Positions 1-13,453 of a DNA stretch of 64,000 nt are shown here, piece by piece (position 1 is the stretch's first letter; each line of letters starts with the position of its first letter). The notes under the pieces are model-generated. The model was not told the DNA's origin. It searched no databases and saw only the letters and a program-made list of their open reading frames with translations. The position numbers were made by a program, and so were the translations under genes. Source of the DNA: Lama glama (lineage: Eukaryota); NCBI GenBank assembly GCA_028534125.1, contig CM052817.1, forward strand, positions 82,090,001 to 82,154,000. Reading direction: 5' to 3'.

Positions 1-59
1 TTCTCTTAAACCATGTTCTTTTCATCAAGTACTTTGATTACTAATGTAACTTTCCATAC

Positions 60-480
60 CAGCATATTAAAGAAGAAAAAAATCATGTGTTTATTTCAGT
101 AGACTCAGCAAAAGCATGAATAAATTTCAACACCTATTCATCATAAAGAGTTAATAGAAAACTACAAATAAAAAAGAAACTTCTTGAACTTATAAAGGAT
201 AATTACTGAAAACCTAAAGCAAATATAATACCCAACTGAATTGATGAAACATTTAAATCATTGTCTTTAAGGTCAGAAATATGTGTCCCTACTACCCCCA
301 ATTTTATTCAACATAACACTTTAGGTTTCAGCTAGCATAGTAATAGGAACAAAAAAGATACAATATAAGAGAGTATAGATAAAGAAACAAGTTAATATTT
401 AAAATTGATGCAATTATATTTAGAAAGCCAAAATAGCCACAAAAAAGTTATCAGATTTAATATTATATTTTAGCCAGTGT
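60..480 (+). mobile_element. Old, degraded LINE-1 ORF2 (reverse transcriptase region) fragment
   Basis: aatcatgtgtttatttcagtagactcagcaaaagcatgaataaatttcaacacctattcatc resembles the L1 ORF2 segment encoding HMIISIDAEKAFDKIQHPFM; ttttattcaacata matches the LFNI motif; A-rich. Confidence 0.7.
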
Positions 481-2384
481 GTTTACAATACTTATTACTG
501 TAAGTAATTATCAATGATTCTGCATTGTTACAAGTAATTTTATTAAAATGTATACTATTAGTCAGTGTCATCTAGAACATAATTGCTTCCCAGTGGAACT
601 TATATTTTTTGTTGTAAATAAAAATAAAATATTATATAATGCCTTTCATCATTTAAGCATGTATAAGTTATTTGTCAGAAAAATAAAGTCTGCCACAAGG
701 ATTATTTTTATAAAATAAGAATTGAGAATGTTGAACAAAAAAAGAAGTTATTCTTTTTATTAAATAGTAATTATGAATACAAACAAGAAAGGAGAAACAC
801 CAATGAGTTTTTTAAGATTCACAGCAAAATTCAATAATTTTTCAAATGTATCTATAAGTAAAAATTTAATATATTTAAAATTCATAACTGCTGCAAATGT
901 TGATGTGATAGTTCTACTAAGAGTGTTTCTTAATATAAAACACAATCAAATATTTTGTTGTTATGAGTTAAAATAACATCTCTGAGAATATGATGCAAAG
1001 TTAGACAACACTAGGTTATTACATAACAACATCACTAAAACTTAAAATATATTTGTGACTGCTCTAAAGTTCTTTTTATAAGGAAAATAGTAATTATTTT
1101 CCTCCTTTTCCTTGTACTGAAAAAGGAAATGATGGATTATGCCAGGCATCTCCTCTTACCTTTCAAATGAACAATTTTACAAAATCAAGGGGTTTTATTT
1201 TTGCAAATTATTTTTGATATTGATAGGAAACCAATTTGGAATTGATAGGAAAGGATAGTGAATGAAAGAGAAAAGTAAGATTTGGAAGAAAAATGTAAAC
1301 ATAAAAATGGGAGATGAAAGTATTAGAGGAAGAAATTGTATAGTGTGTAAGAAACCGTGTTTTCTCCTGTCCACTCTGCTTCTTCCAGCAAGCGCATCTT
1401 CCAAATATCCTTAGTGATAAAATTCTGGATGCAAATTACATTCGCTGTGCAAGAACTTGGCAGATGAAAGTGACACAGAAACCATCTTGTGGCAGCCAGG
1501 TCACAGAGATGCCTGGGCTCTGTGGCCCCCGGGGCGATGCAGCTAGTGTCCCCAGCATTGTGATGTAAGGGGCAGTTGTGGTCTCAGTTGTGATAGCAGC
1601 AGCAGTGAGTTGAACCCTGAATTGCAAATAGGGTGCTGTGGCCTTTAGCTCAATCATTCAGTGGTTGTCTTAGCTTCTGCTTCTCTAGAACCCTGTATTT
1701 TTATGTGCTAACTTTCCTTGATATATCTAGACTGGGTATCCATGTCCTCTGCTAATTCCTGGCCAATTCAGGGAGAGGGTGACATCCATCTGCTTGCTTA
1801 ATTTCTCTTTCTGTTAAGTAGTCATGGCTTATTTTCTTTTCCACTGAACCTGAGGCACCCCTTTTTCAAAGGAGGACAGTCTTTCTCAATAATATATATC
1901 GGAAAATGTTTCAGCTAATGCTGAATTCTACACCTCCGCAAATTCCTAAAATTATAACTTTGTTGTTCTTATGTAAATGCAATTAAATACAAAGCCCAAT
2001 TTAGGTAAAAAAGAAAGCAGTAATATCTTAGGCATCGTCATCTCTTGGTCTGGTGATCTGCCAGATTTCAGCACGTGTCTGCCAACTATTCATCTCTCTG
2101 TGTGCCACGGCTAATGCATTTGCCAAACATTCCAGGTGTCAATTGCTTACTTATGCTTTGTTGGAAAGGATAAAAAGAAACACACTAGGAAATATTGCCA
2201 ATTAAGAAAAATAGCTTTTTTAATGGGGACGTATTATTTTCTCCTTAAATTCCACTGGGTACTTAACTTTCAGATTTTCATATGTTTTACAGATTCAAAG
2301 ATGATTTTCCAGTTTGGCATGTGCATAGTCTGACCACATTTGAATTTGTGCATAAAAAAATAAATTTACTGGACAATCAATCTT

Positions 2385-2650
2385 GGTTTCTGCCATGTCA
2401 TTGTCCCTCTGTGGGAAACCGCTCCATCTCTACTACAGGCTGAGTAAAGCCACGGAGTGACCCTGTTCAATACCTCATAGTCCACCCCAAGAGCCACACA
2501 TGGTAGGTCCACTGTGGACAGCTGACTCAGTGAAAGATAACAGAATGTTACCAAGTATCTTGGTCAATCAGATATTCTTTCTTAAGAATTTGAACTAGTC
2601 TAGTCCATTAGTAGCTGGAAAGAAGACCAACAAACTGAAGCAGAGAAAGT
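2385..2650 (+). mobile_element. ERVL LTR remnant, LTR16A-like
   Basis: ggtcaatcagatattctttcttaagaatttgaact resembles the LTR16A hallmark ggccaatcagattctctctc..ggaatttgaa. Confidence 0.45.
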
Positions 2651-3080
2651 TGAAGAATTAACCTTGTTCAATTTTTTTTTTTAAATTTTGATGGTATGAC
2701 TTGAAAACTGCTCTTAAACCACTTAAACAACACAGATTACCAATGAATCAGATACTGAATATAGTAGACATTTTAAAAATATAATTTCACTAAAATAGGC
2801 CTTGGATATTACTCTTGTATTCAGGATTCCAAAAAACCCTTATGATTTGGTTCACAAGAGTCATAGAACAATTTAAATTACTGCCATTGATTGCATAAGA
2901 TCTTAACTCCATATTCAGAATCCATCATAGTGTCTCAATTACTCATCTAGATGGTGCATGATAATATAGCATTTTGCATCATATGCATAAAATTTATTTA
3001 TTAGAAACCATGCTTATGTACATGAGATATCAGATATAATTTGCATATATTTTAGTTTCTGATACAAAATGTATACATGT

Positions 3081-3107
3081 GCGCGCACACACACACACAC
3101 ACACACA
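3081..3107. repeat. (GC)3(AC)n microsatellite
   Basis: Seen directly. Confidence 0.95.
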
Positions 3108-4139
3108 AAATGAGCCTGTTTCTGCATTGCTTTTGGTTATGCCATGTCTTCATGTCACACCCATAATTCTCAGTACACTGCAGTACATACTATGTATCTC
3201 ACATTCAAATTAATGATAGGCTGTGGCATCGTTATCATTCCAATGGAATATATTTTATTAAATGATACACTTGTTTTTCTCCAAAAAGTTTGTCTATTCG
3301 TTTAAGCATACACAACAAAGAGTTACATGGAAGCTACAGGATTCCAGCCTAGGCTGCCAGATCAGCTTAAATCAACTCTGGAAGGAAATGGAGTGACAGT
3401 TGTCCACGCTAGATCACACTTACATTCTCATCAGGTTAGTTAATCCTGTTTAACCAACTGTTATTGTGAAGAGTGAAAAGGATCCTACCTCCTGGCAGCT
3501 CCCAGTGTGGTTTGGAAAACAAAAACAAATATAATCCAATGCAGGCTACAGGAAGAATTAAAACAGAATTACAGACAAACTACAAACGCAGAACAAGGGA
3601 AGAAAAAATCCTTTTTGACTGCCAATAAAGGCAAAGGCTGGGAAGATGCGCGCCTTGCATTTGACTTTATAGGCTATGGAGGACTTCGTTGTTTTAAACT
3701 CTGCAAGCAGATGATGCATTTTAACTCTGCTGACATACACTATTTCAGTTTTCACTTAACTTCTTTCTGGTTGGCCTCTCTCCTACGTCCTTCATATATT
3801 TTTAGATAATCCAAAATATTATAGCATATATGCTTTCCCCCGTATCACAGAATCCCTCTTCATTTGATAATTAGTTTGTAAATTCCAGAAAGAGTTTTAA
3901 GATATTTATACTCTGCTTCCTACATACTTTTTCATGGTTCACTTCAAGTGTTTGGTAGAAAGCATTATTCTAATTTCCTCTAATTCACTATTAATAAAAT
4001 GCCCCATATACCAAGCAATTTGTACATAGCTCTCATTGCCAACTTTGATAAGTGCTATTTGATTCACAATTCCTAGACCCCCTCTATGTATGTTCTATAC
4101 ATTTTTTGTAATTTTTTTAGTTCAGTGTGTTGCTCTGAG

Positions 4140-4490
4140 TCAAGGGTTTTGCAGTGATCACAAGGCGTGTTCCCTCCGCTGCTGTAGCCTGTGCTCATCC
4201 GCGGCGAAAACGAGGAAGAGTAGATGCAAAGTGGAAACTGCGCCGCTCCCGCCAGGGCACTGCTCCCTGTTATTTGCTGTTTGAGTCGAAAGAGATGGAG
4301 AGCTGAACTATTCAGATAATTTCCCAAATGGCAGCATTGTAGAATGAAACCAAATGTCACACTCTAGTATGTGCAGAAAGAGCCTGTCACTCCTTGCCTA
4401 ATTTACCAGATGCTGAATAATACCGCGAATTCTTCCCAGATATAATGATGCCCTTTAGCTCATTACTGCTGCAGTACGTCAGAGACAATC
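4140..4490. promoter_or_regulatory. Candidate regulatory element: CpG-retaining non-repeat patch
   Basis: More than ten CpGs in about 350 bp (ccgcggcgaaaacg, gcgccgctcccgcc, ccgcga) against a strongly CpG-depleted background; no repeat recognised. Confidence 0.35.
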
Positions 4491-7400
4491 AGAATTATCC
4501 TAAACTATACTGAACTGAATTTTAAATTCAATGATGCTGCAAGTTTTATCATCACGGATAAAATACTCATTTTCTTTACCTGTGTTTTACAGTCTTATTA
4601 TGAAGGTCCTAAAGCATTGCTTTGTTCCCCTTGGGCATCTTACCTTATTATGTTTGTATGGTCTTTCCTCCCAATCCTATTTCTTATTATTATTAATACT
4701 GTTTAATATATGCTAAGTGGTAATTTAGTGGTTTAATAAATTTTAGAAACCTCCCTGAGCTCCTCATTACTACCAGAGAGGAACTGTTTAGAAAAGAGTA
4801 ACACTCATGTGTGCTCCAGTCTAGAAAATCCCCAGCTGAAAACTAAGAACTGAACATACTGTAAACACAAAATAAATGCTTGCACTTTAAGAAAAGTTTC
4901 TTCCAGATTTTTTTTTAATCAATAACTTCAGCTTTACTTATGTACATTCTTAAGCACATTTCAGAAAACAGCTCACTGAATAAACTGCACTGGTGTGGAA
5001 AGTTAAATAACCACTCTTTGGTGAGGTTATTGGAAATGGCTCTGTGCTAACCTTGGTTTGTCAGGACTTGAAATGCTCCTCCAATACAGATAAGGTCAGA
5101 AGATAAAAAGAGTTTTGATCATAATCTGACTTACAGGTAGGTCCAATGAAACTCAAAATTACCCTGGTATCATTACTCCCATTTCTGAGTATAATTGAAG
5201 TGAATTTTCTGAGCAACGGCAGAATCCTCATGCATTCCCTAAGTGGAGTTCACTGTTAAGTCTGCCAACATAAGAAAATTGCAAATCAAAAATAAATGAA
5301 ATACATAGTCTATATAGGAAAAGAGAGTACAAAAAAAGAAATATAGGCTATGATAAAACTCCCAAACTATGAAAATACGATGTATGATAAAATATATAAC
5401 TTTATGGCTATATATAAAAATTTTTAATAATGTTATATTTATGATACTGAGATATCATTCTATATATTTTTATCAAAATGGTTGTTGCATGTGCTTTTTA
5501 GACAAGAAAAAATTCAGGAAAGAATTTAAAAGTTTACTAAAATTTAGGTTGAAACTGAAAAAAATAAGAGTTTTCTGTAATAGTTCTTATAGAATTGATA
5601 AAAATTCAGAGGAGATATTTGTGTTTTGTTGAAATTGTACATAACTTTATACAGTGTGAGAAACGATAGGGACCTTAGAGTTCATATAGGCATTTTAAAG
5701 GCTTTGAATGATAAAGGAGAGATTAGAATTGCATCTTTTATATCCCAGCTCAATTTTATTCCCTCACATCATAATGCTCTTCAAGGAACAAGTTTAAGGT
5801 AAGTCAGAGTCAAAATTAAATAAAGATATAAAAACTAAATACATATATATATCTGTTCACACACGTACACATGATTGAAATGGTTGTATATAACAGCAAT
5901 GGAATAGAAGCAATTCTACGTGATTAATGGTTACAAGTAAACAACAGTAAGTTGACACCCTGGAAATCTGTTCATTCTCCCAAGCGTCATTAAAGCCATT
6001 GCGAATGTGTGAGTGTGAGTATGTGTTTAGGGGAGTTTATATGGTTTTATTTTAACCACTGGGTCCATCAGTTGGTAAATGTCCACATATAAAAAGGCTC
6101 AATTATCTTGCAATTGCTGATTATTGAATAGAAATGACAAAACATGTATTCAAATACTTTAGACATATTTCTAAAATTAATTATGATGTTTTGATTTTCC
6201 TTATTTATAGTTGACTTCCTAGCAAACCAGTTATCACAGTAAATTTGTAGGGACAAAGAATGTGGACTCGACAACAGAAGATAATTCTCCAGGCAGTGGT
6301 TTCTTACTGCTAGTCATGAAATTTCTTTCAACTGTCAGAACATATTCATGTGCACCAATATTGTAAACTTCTAAGGAAGGAAACAACTTTTGACAGTTTT
6401 GCTGACATGTCTCATCTGATTTAACCAAATATATCAGAATAACCAAGTCACTACCTAATTTTTATTTATTTCATTGATGTGAAGACTCTTTTATAAATAA
6501 TAGAAAAAGCTAAACCTATTGAGACTATTCTGGAAAAAAAAGGCTGACAAGATTATACTATTTTGATAAATAGGTTATGATGTTTAGAAATAATACCTTC
6601 CTTGCTGAATTTTCTTTAAATACAACATGTGACATAACAACTTTATTGTTCCTAACATGTAACATCTTTCCAAAGCATAGGACCCAAATTATATTGCATA
6701 CTCAACCCAATTTTACATTCTCTATCTATCTTTTTCTTTAGAACAAGCCTGTTACTGAAAATAAGAAGCAAAATAATTGTAATACATTTGTAAATTTATC
6801 TTCTCCACATGCATTACAAATTTTTCAATAAATGTTTTATGATTTTCATTTTTATCTCTACTTTGTAATTCTAGTGATAAAAAATGCCTTTTTCCTGTAA
6901 ATAAATATAGTGTTTTCTAAATGTAAATTATAAAACTAAATCATACATTGCTTAATCCATTTTGATCAGTAAGTGATGATGTTCAGAATAATGATATCTT
7001 CCTTGTTGATTCCCTCTATATACACACGTGTGAAATAATTTTAATGTTCCCATGAAGTTTCTTTCCAGGTCATAAAATAACACAATTTGTATTCTGTGTT
7101 AGGTCTAATGTCATTTTTCCATATTTCTGCTATAGGAGCAATTATAAATTATATATGAAGAGTCCATTAGAACCAACAAACTAGGCTTTTCCAGGAAGTA
7201 CTAATCAAAGTGTAAAGGCAAGAAACTATAGCCTAGATTCAAAGGTTCTCTGAGGGAGTTCCAATATTGCTTTCCATTCGATTTTACTGCAAGTTTTATG
7301 GTGGTTCAAAACTAAAAAACTGAATTTGATGGCATTCTTGAAATTTTCAGAGAACAATATACAATAGCTATTTTAAATCATTCTTTCATTGTTCGTAATT

Positions 7401-7599
7401 CTAAAGTCATAAGAAAGTATTTTTTTAGAAATCTCTAAAACAGACAGTTGTTTTTCATGTTTTTTTAATCTTTCCAAGATAAGATGGCTGGATGTGGGAT
7501 CAGAAGATATTTTAAATAATGCATAAACTTTTTAGAATAAATAATTTTAGATGCAAACTAAGAGTAGACAAACAGATGTAAGGTGGAAATAAGTCTTTA

Positions 7600-8430
7600 A
7601 ATGTTAACTTAAAAATCTGGCTCAAAATGAGAAATTCAATTCACATTTCTACCATTCTTCTTCCAAAATCCTATTGACATAAGGATATAGTATGTATGTC
7701 TACCATTGGGCCAAATATTTTATAGTGAAAAGAACTAGAATTAAATCACATATAAATCAGAAAAAGGTATCCTCCTCACAGGGGAAAAGTGAGGTGGAGA
7801 TGGGACTCACTCTTTCTCAGGCAGAGACTCTACAACTTGAAATCTAAGGCCAAACGGGGAAAGCAAAAACCAAGAATCTCCTCAAGAACTCTAAGACACC
7901 AATGGGAAGTTCAGTCACTACCCTACTCTTCTCCCCAGTCCTGTGATTATGAAACCATTGGCAACAAGATTGCTCCTAAGCTCACATCAGGCTAAGCTCT
8001 ACTCTTAAAACAACAACAAACCCAACCAATTTTCCTAAGGAGAGCCAAGGCACACGTCCTGTGGCCTTTGAGTACTTTCTTATTTTGACTTGGGGGTTGT
8101 AATGTGAAGTGATGAAGGGAAATCCAACTGCCTTCTTCTTGTAATTTATTATGATGTGAAGCTGTTGCCTGTACATAATAGAACTTTCTGTCAGTGCTTC
8201 CATTCAAGGGAAGGGAGACAGGCAGGGAATGTACAGAAATGAAGCAGAGGAAACATAACCTAAATAGTAACCTTTAGAGAGTATGCCTTGTGGGAAGGAG
8301 GGAGGGATAGGAGATCATGTGACTCGTTTTATTGGCCATAAACATATATTATTTTTATAATCATAATAATAATTCATATTGGAATGGTAAGTACAGGGCA
8401 TAATTATGCTATAAAAACAAAATGAAAAAT
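7600..8430 (+). mobile_element. Ancient L1M (L1ME-like) 3' region remnant
   Basis: Degraded ORF2-end and 3' UTR-like sequence ending in an A-rich tract near 8410-8430; subfamily uncertain. Confidence 0.35.
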
Positions 8431-8919
8431 ATCTCTCTTTGTATATATTTTATAATGTAAAACATTGACTTTGCAAAATCATCTGCTCAAAAGCAGGATT
8501 TCTCACCTTACAGATCTCACTTATAAAATGAGTTGCATTTTATTAGCAAGTATGATTTTACTGCCTGGTTACAGCTGTAATGCAGGAAATGATGACATAC
8601 ATATTTAGAGCAAATATTTGAGTATTTTTAAAGCAAGCGCATAAGTTTTACACACAGAATGTGCATAATTCTGTGGTAATAACCAGAAAGAATATTTCCT
8701 GGCAATTAAGCTCTGATAAAATAACAAAAAAAAAGTCACATTACCTTTGCCAACAGGCTACATTTAGTATCCCCGGAAATGTCTCCTCATCAGTAGTGAC
8801 TAGTATTAGAAATGTTGCCACAACAACTTAAACAAGCACATTTATGTGTGTGGTAAGGTTTTACTGAACTGGACGTTGCCTGAAATGAAGTCTGTTAAAT
8901 TCAGGCTGTCCCTCCACAA

Positions 8920-9092
8920 CAGGGTTCTTTCTTGACCTCAGCAGGATCGACATTTTTGGATCAGATAGTTCTTTGTTGTGGGGAGCTGTCCCCTGCACTG
9001 TTTAACAGCATCGCCCACTAGATGCCAGCAGTACCCACCACGTTGTGGCAACCAAAAATGTCTCCAGACATTGTCAGAAGTCCCTTGGGGAT
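8920..9092 (-). mobile_element. MER20 (hAT-Charlie non-autonomous DNA transposon)
   Basis: cccactagatgccagcagtaccc..gttgtggcaaccaaaaatgtctccagacattg..cccttgggg is the reverse complement of the MER20 consensus core. Confidence 0.9.
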
Positions 9093-9550
9093 ACAGAACG
9101 TTTTGTTCCAGAGCCTTAAAGGCATCCTTTAATTGTCTTTATTACAATGTGCTCCATTCTGCCCATGCCTAAGATTCTTCCCGACTGTAATTTAGACATT
9201 GTAGAGGGCCTCAGACATTTTTAGAACACAGATAATCTCTTCCTAATGTGGGGGCTCTCATAAACTAGCTTCTGCATTTCCATATGGTTATTAAAAGGGA
9301 CAGAAGGAATTTACTACCATGTTTTGGCGCCATTGTTGTTTACCTTAGAAAAGTCTAAAAAAAATCAGATATTGAGAGAAAGAAAAAATATATTTTGTCT
9401 CTCTCCTCCCCCTAACGTAAGAATTCAGACCTGTATGGACCTCTCTAATCTATCTACACTTGCTTTAAGCAGCCTCAGCATTCAGTTTACAGAATGAGGC
9501 ACTTTTAAAGGAGGTAATATTTAAGAGAATTACACTAGTAGTAGTTATCA

Positions 9551-9553
9551 TAC

Positions 9554-9588
<35 letters not shown>

Positions 9589-9598
9589 TACATATACC
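9551..9598. repeat. (TA)n/(TACA)n microsatellite
   Basis: Seen directly. Confidence 0.9.
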
Positions 9599-9619
9599 TA
9601 GGATTCAAATGTTTATTGT

Positions 9620-9745
9620 TTTACATACATTTCACATATTAGCTTATTGATTCGTCATAATGAACCTATAAAGTACTATTATTTTCCCATTTTATAAATG
9701 AGAAAACTGAAGCATAAGAGAATAGCTAGTGGCACCAAGATTCCT
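9620..9745 (-). mobile_element. MIR SINE fragment
   Basis: tactattattttcccattttataaatgagaaaactgaagc matches the reverse complement of the MIR core. Confidence 0.8.
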
Positions 9746-9804
9746 GGCTTTAGAATTGATGTGCAATGAACCTTCCGTTCAGCCTTTCACAACGCGTTGT
9801 GAAA

Positions 9805-9995
9805 AAATGCTTCATATGTATTACATTGTTTAATCCTCACAACTGCACGAGGGAAGTATTTTCTTTTCTGAGTTATTTTCTGAGTATTTGCAGATGAGGA
9901 GATAAAAGCTCAAGGAATTATCTCCTTTGCTGGTCACATATTTAGTAAATGGTGAAGCTCAGGACTAAAAGCTAGGTCTTGCTGACTTCAAAACC
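9805..9995 (-). mobile_element. MIR SINE
   Basis: tttaatcctcacaac..tttgcagatgagga..ggtcacatatttagtaaatggtgaagctcaggacta..ctgacttcaaaacc. Confidence 0.8.
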
Positions 9996-10177
9996 ATTTA
10001 TACCTATAGGTCTTAATTTTTCTCTACATTCTGGAAATTTGATTAGATTACATTTAAGACTTCGTCCAGCTCTAGGGGTCTGCATATCGATATTCCAGAA
10101 TGTTCTTTACTAAAATTTCAACCTAAATTGTGGGATTAATTTTACAAAAAAGTATTTCATTTTGAAGTAATTTTGTT

Positions 10178-10395
10178 AGGAGTTTGAGATTATCAGATAC
10201 AAACAACTATATTTAAAGTAAATAAACAGCAAGGTCTTACTGTATAGCACAGGGAACTATATTCAATATCCAGTAATAAACCATAATGGAAAAGAATACA
10301 AAAAAAAAATATATATATATATTTGAATCATTTTTCTGTACACCAGAAACTAACACAACATTGTAAATAAACTATATTTCAATAAAAATTTTAAA
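10178..10395 (+). mobile_element. 5'-truncated LINE-1 3' end, cetartiodactyl type
   Basis: ggtcttactgtatagcacagggaactatattcaatatc..ctgtacaccagaaactaacacaacattgtaaataaactatatttcaataaa; homologous to 16995-17205 in this window. Confidence 0.9.
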
Positions 10396-12948
10396 CATTA
10401 AATGCTTTTGCAGATAAAGTGAGGATATCAGCCTATAATCTATCAGACACTCATTTTTAATACTCTCTTACAGCTACCATATTTTACCTTACTGACACCA
10501 ATAGGGAACTCACAGTTAGGTGAACACAAAATTACTGTAAAAGAAGATATCTAAAGTACTGATTAACTCAGTTTATATGAGAAATAAAACAGAGAAATGG
10601 GGCATAATGAATATGGAAATGGATTTGCTGAATGTTAATTGCACACGTATACGAATTCCTTTTACTTCCCTGCGATAACTTATTGATCAGAACTATTGTG
10701 AGATGGTTTCAGTTCATAAAATAACTATAGCTAGCATTACTTCTATTAGTGATGACACAGATAATATTGAGAACCACAGGATATTTTAAGATGTAATATT
10801 CCATACTCAAAGAACACATCTAATATGTTGTAACTTTTGGCTTATAATAGAAAAAGAAATTCACTGTCAGCTTAAATTGTTACTAATCTGATTATCGTGT
10901 TCCTTATTGAAAAGGCAGGGGCATACAGGACTTGAATGGAGAAGATTCAGGATACTATTATATGATGATTGTTTAAAGAAAGAAAGAATGCCTAAACCAA
11001 AGACAATCTTCAGCCTGCCCCAGAGCAACCTGACGGCAAAAGTATTCAAAGAAAGGCTTGGAAGCACTCAGAATTGGGTACAAGCAGTAACAGGGTATAT
11101 GGTTAACAGAGGATTTAAAACCAACAATAAAACTAACGAAAAGGTGGCCCTAAATTTGGCTATCATCATGCACTGGCAATCCCAAAGAATGTCAATAATA
11201 AAATATTCTTCTCCTAAGAAATTCTGTTAGTCTAAATTTTAATCCATCCTTGGCATTCCTGTTGAGTTTTGATAATATACATGTTTCAAGTTTTCTTCTT
11301 TTGATTACTTATTATTTAAGAAACATTATTACTACATCAATTGAAAATTCCTAGTTTTATCATCTTCCTAAAAAGTGTAGACTTGGCAAAAATATTCTTT
11401 TTGAAAATAACTTTTAAGGGTTCAGAATTGCTGGCTATCACATCCCATGTAGCTTGTGCCTCACACCACCCTGTCACCACAGTCTTGCTTTTAAAGGGTA
11501 ATTTTATGTAAGTGATGATAGCACACAAATTTAAAACTGAGAAAAGTAAGTTGAGTTACTTCAGATCTGTAATTCCATGTGACAACCTGGAGTTTTCATT
11601 TGCTTAAAAAGTTTTGAACATTTGAAAACTGCTAGCATAAAACCTAAAGAACAGATGCATGGACAGTATTTTAATCTCAGGAATTGATCATGAAACTGGA
11701 TTTCCAAAAATTCTGTGCCAGAATTGTCCTTACATTTAAAATTTTTCCTAAGTATTGTGTGCATCTGAGTCTTCATGCTAAAGGGACTTTTCAAATTTGA
11801 AATTAATAAAAAGTATTTTCTAACCCCTGTGAGTGACGATAGGTTGGCAAATTTGTCCATACTCTCCACTGAGCCTGAATACGTGAAGATTATCAATTTT
11901 AAAGACAGAGTGACAAATTGACCGATGCCAAGGCTAAAAACAGAAGCTGCATGGCTTTCTTTCATGGATGCAACAGACCAATATGTGTTATTTCCCTTTT
12001 ATCAAAATACACATTAACATAATTAAAATACATTAGTCAAATACTCCTTTTCTTTTTTTTATGCTGTGATACTTTACCTTTTATATAATTCCATGTGTAC
12101 ATTGAACAAAATAAACTTTTCAATGACTGCCATTTCTTTTCTGGCCATTATTTGTTTATCACTCCTTGATTACTACCAAATATGATTCTGTTATGTAAAG
12201 ATGGGGCATTAAAAATGATCCACTCTGGGTGTCAAATACATTAGGTATGATACTACCAGGGGAAAAAAGCAAAAGCTGACTTCTACTGTTTTTCTGAGAC
12301 ACATTTTGACTCAATTAGGAAAAAAGATGTAGCCAATAGCAAGAATGCAAAAGATATGTTTACCCCGTAAGAAGAGCATTTCCTTTCTCTGATGAGTTCA
12401 GGAAGCGTCTGTGATTACTTCAGCGAGTCAGTGTAGAGGATTCATGAGCAAAGAATTTGGACTAAATGGCCTTTCAATCCTATGTTTCAACTCCTAAAGC
12501 AAGGCATTTCCTTTTTGAGACTTTCTCAAGTAAGAGAAAATATAATTGTACATCTAATATAAAAGGGGTAGACCTCAAGTAATTCTTGCTCTGTTACTCT
12601 AGCGTCATTGACATAAAATACATAGGTGTATTTCTCAGAAAGACTGTGATGAGCCCTATGTTCACACAAGGTCCCTAGAAAAGTAATGCTGCAATTGCAT
12701 TATAATCCAAAGTAGTGGGGGGCAAAAGCAAAATTTGGTTGATTGTTTGGACCTAACTTCAACAATTCCTGTAACAGACGAACGTTACAGCTGTTAACAC
12801 AACTTTGCTGTAACATTCCTAGTCTATGCCACTACAATTCACATGCCACAGAAGTTTCTATGAACACCAATTTAATTATAATACTTTTTCACCAGCTATC
12901 TCTGATTTTAGTTTAGCATGAAACAAGTATATTATTAGAAGAGTGTAA

Positions 12949-13453
12949 TGTAAGGCCTGAAATTGAAGCCCCAATATGATGTGCTACCTTGACAGGTGGT
13001 GACGTTGGGAAGGCCTCACCTGGCCTAACGGAGGTCTCTTCCTCACTCTGCTCCTGCAGATAAGGTCCCCTCACCACTCAGCCCTTATCAGGAGACCAGG
13101 CCCAATGCCTGCTTATCCATGACTGGCAGGTTTCACCACTCGGCCAGCCCCTGGAATTACTCAAACACCCCATCACATCCTCCTGCAGGAATCTGGGGCG
13201 TACTCCACCCACTTGAGACTGTAAAACCTGCCTCCCACAGCCCCTAGCCCTTCACTCTGTTCCACAGTGCAACCCCCATGTGGCCCCCTGTGGGGTGCAG
13301 TGTCCTCCTCTCCTAGGCGATGAGTATACATGACTGATACACTGCTGTCCAGCTCATCTGTCCAGCGGTAAGTGTCCTGTGTTCTAGCCACCCCCAAACC
13401 CTGGAGTGGGCTTCCCTCCTTCAGCAACAGAATGAATAGGAGGTAATTACACA
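12949..13453 (+). mobile_element. Solo ERVL LTR (MER88/LTR53-like group)
   Basis: GC-richer block of about 505 bp with TG...CA termini and the hallmarks gataaggtcccc, cctgcctcccacagcccct and ctgctgt..ctcatctgtccag. Confidence 0.75.

Noticed and set aside
1440..1880. GC-elevated block as an LTR or exon
   Set aside because: No termini, TSD or family hallmark that I can name, so it is left unassigned.
5090..5136. Possible 47-nt exon ending in CAG|GTAGGT
   Set aside because: Weak pyrimidine tract and an unrecognised peptide.
10907..11965. 107-aa and 134-aa ORFs
   Set aside because: Nothing recognisable and no splice context; lengths are within chance expectation for 64 kb read in six frames.
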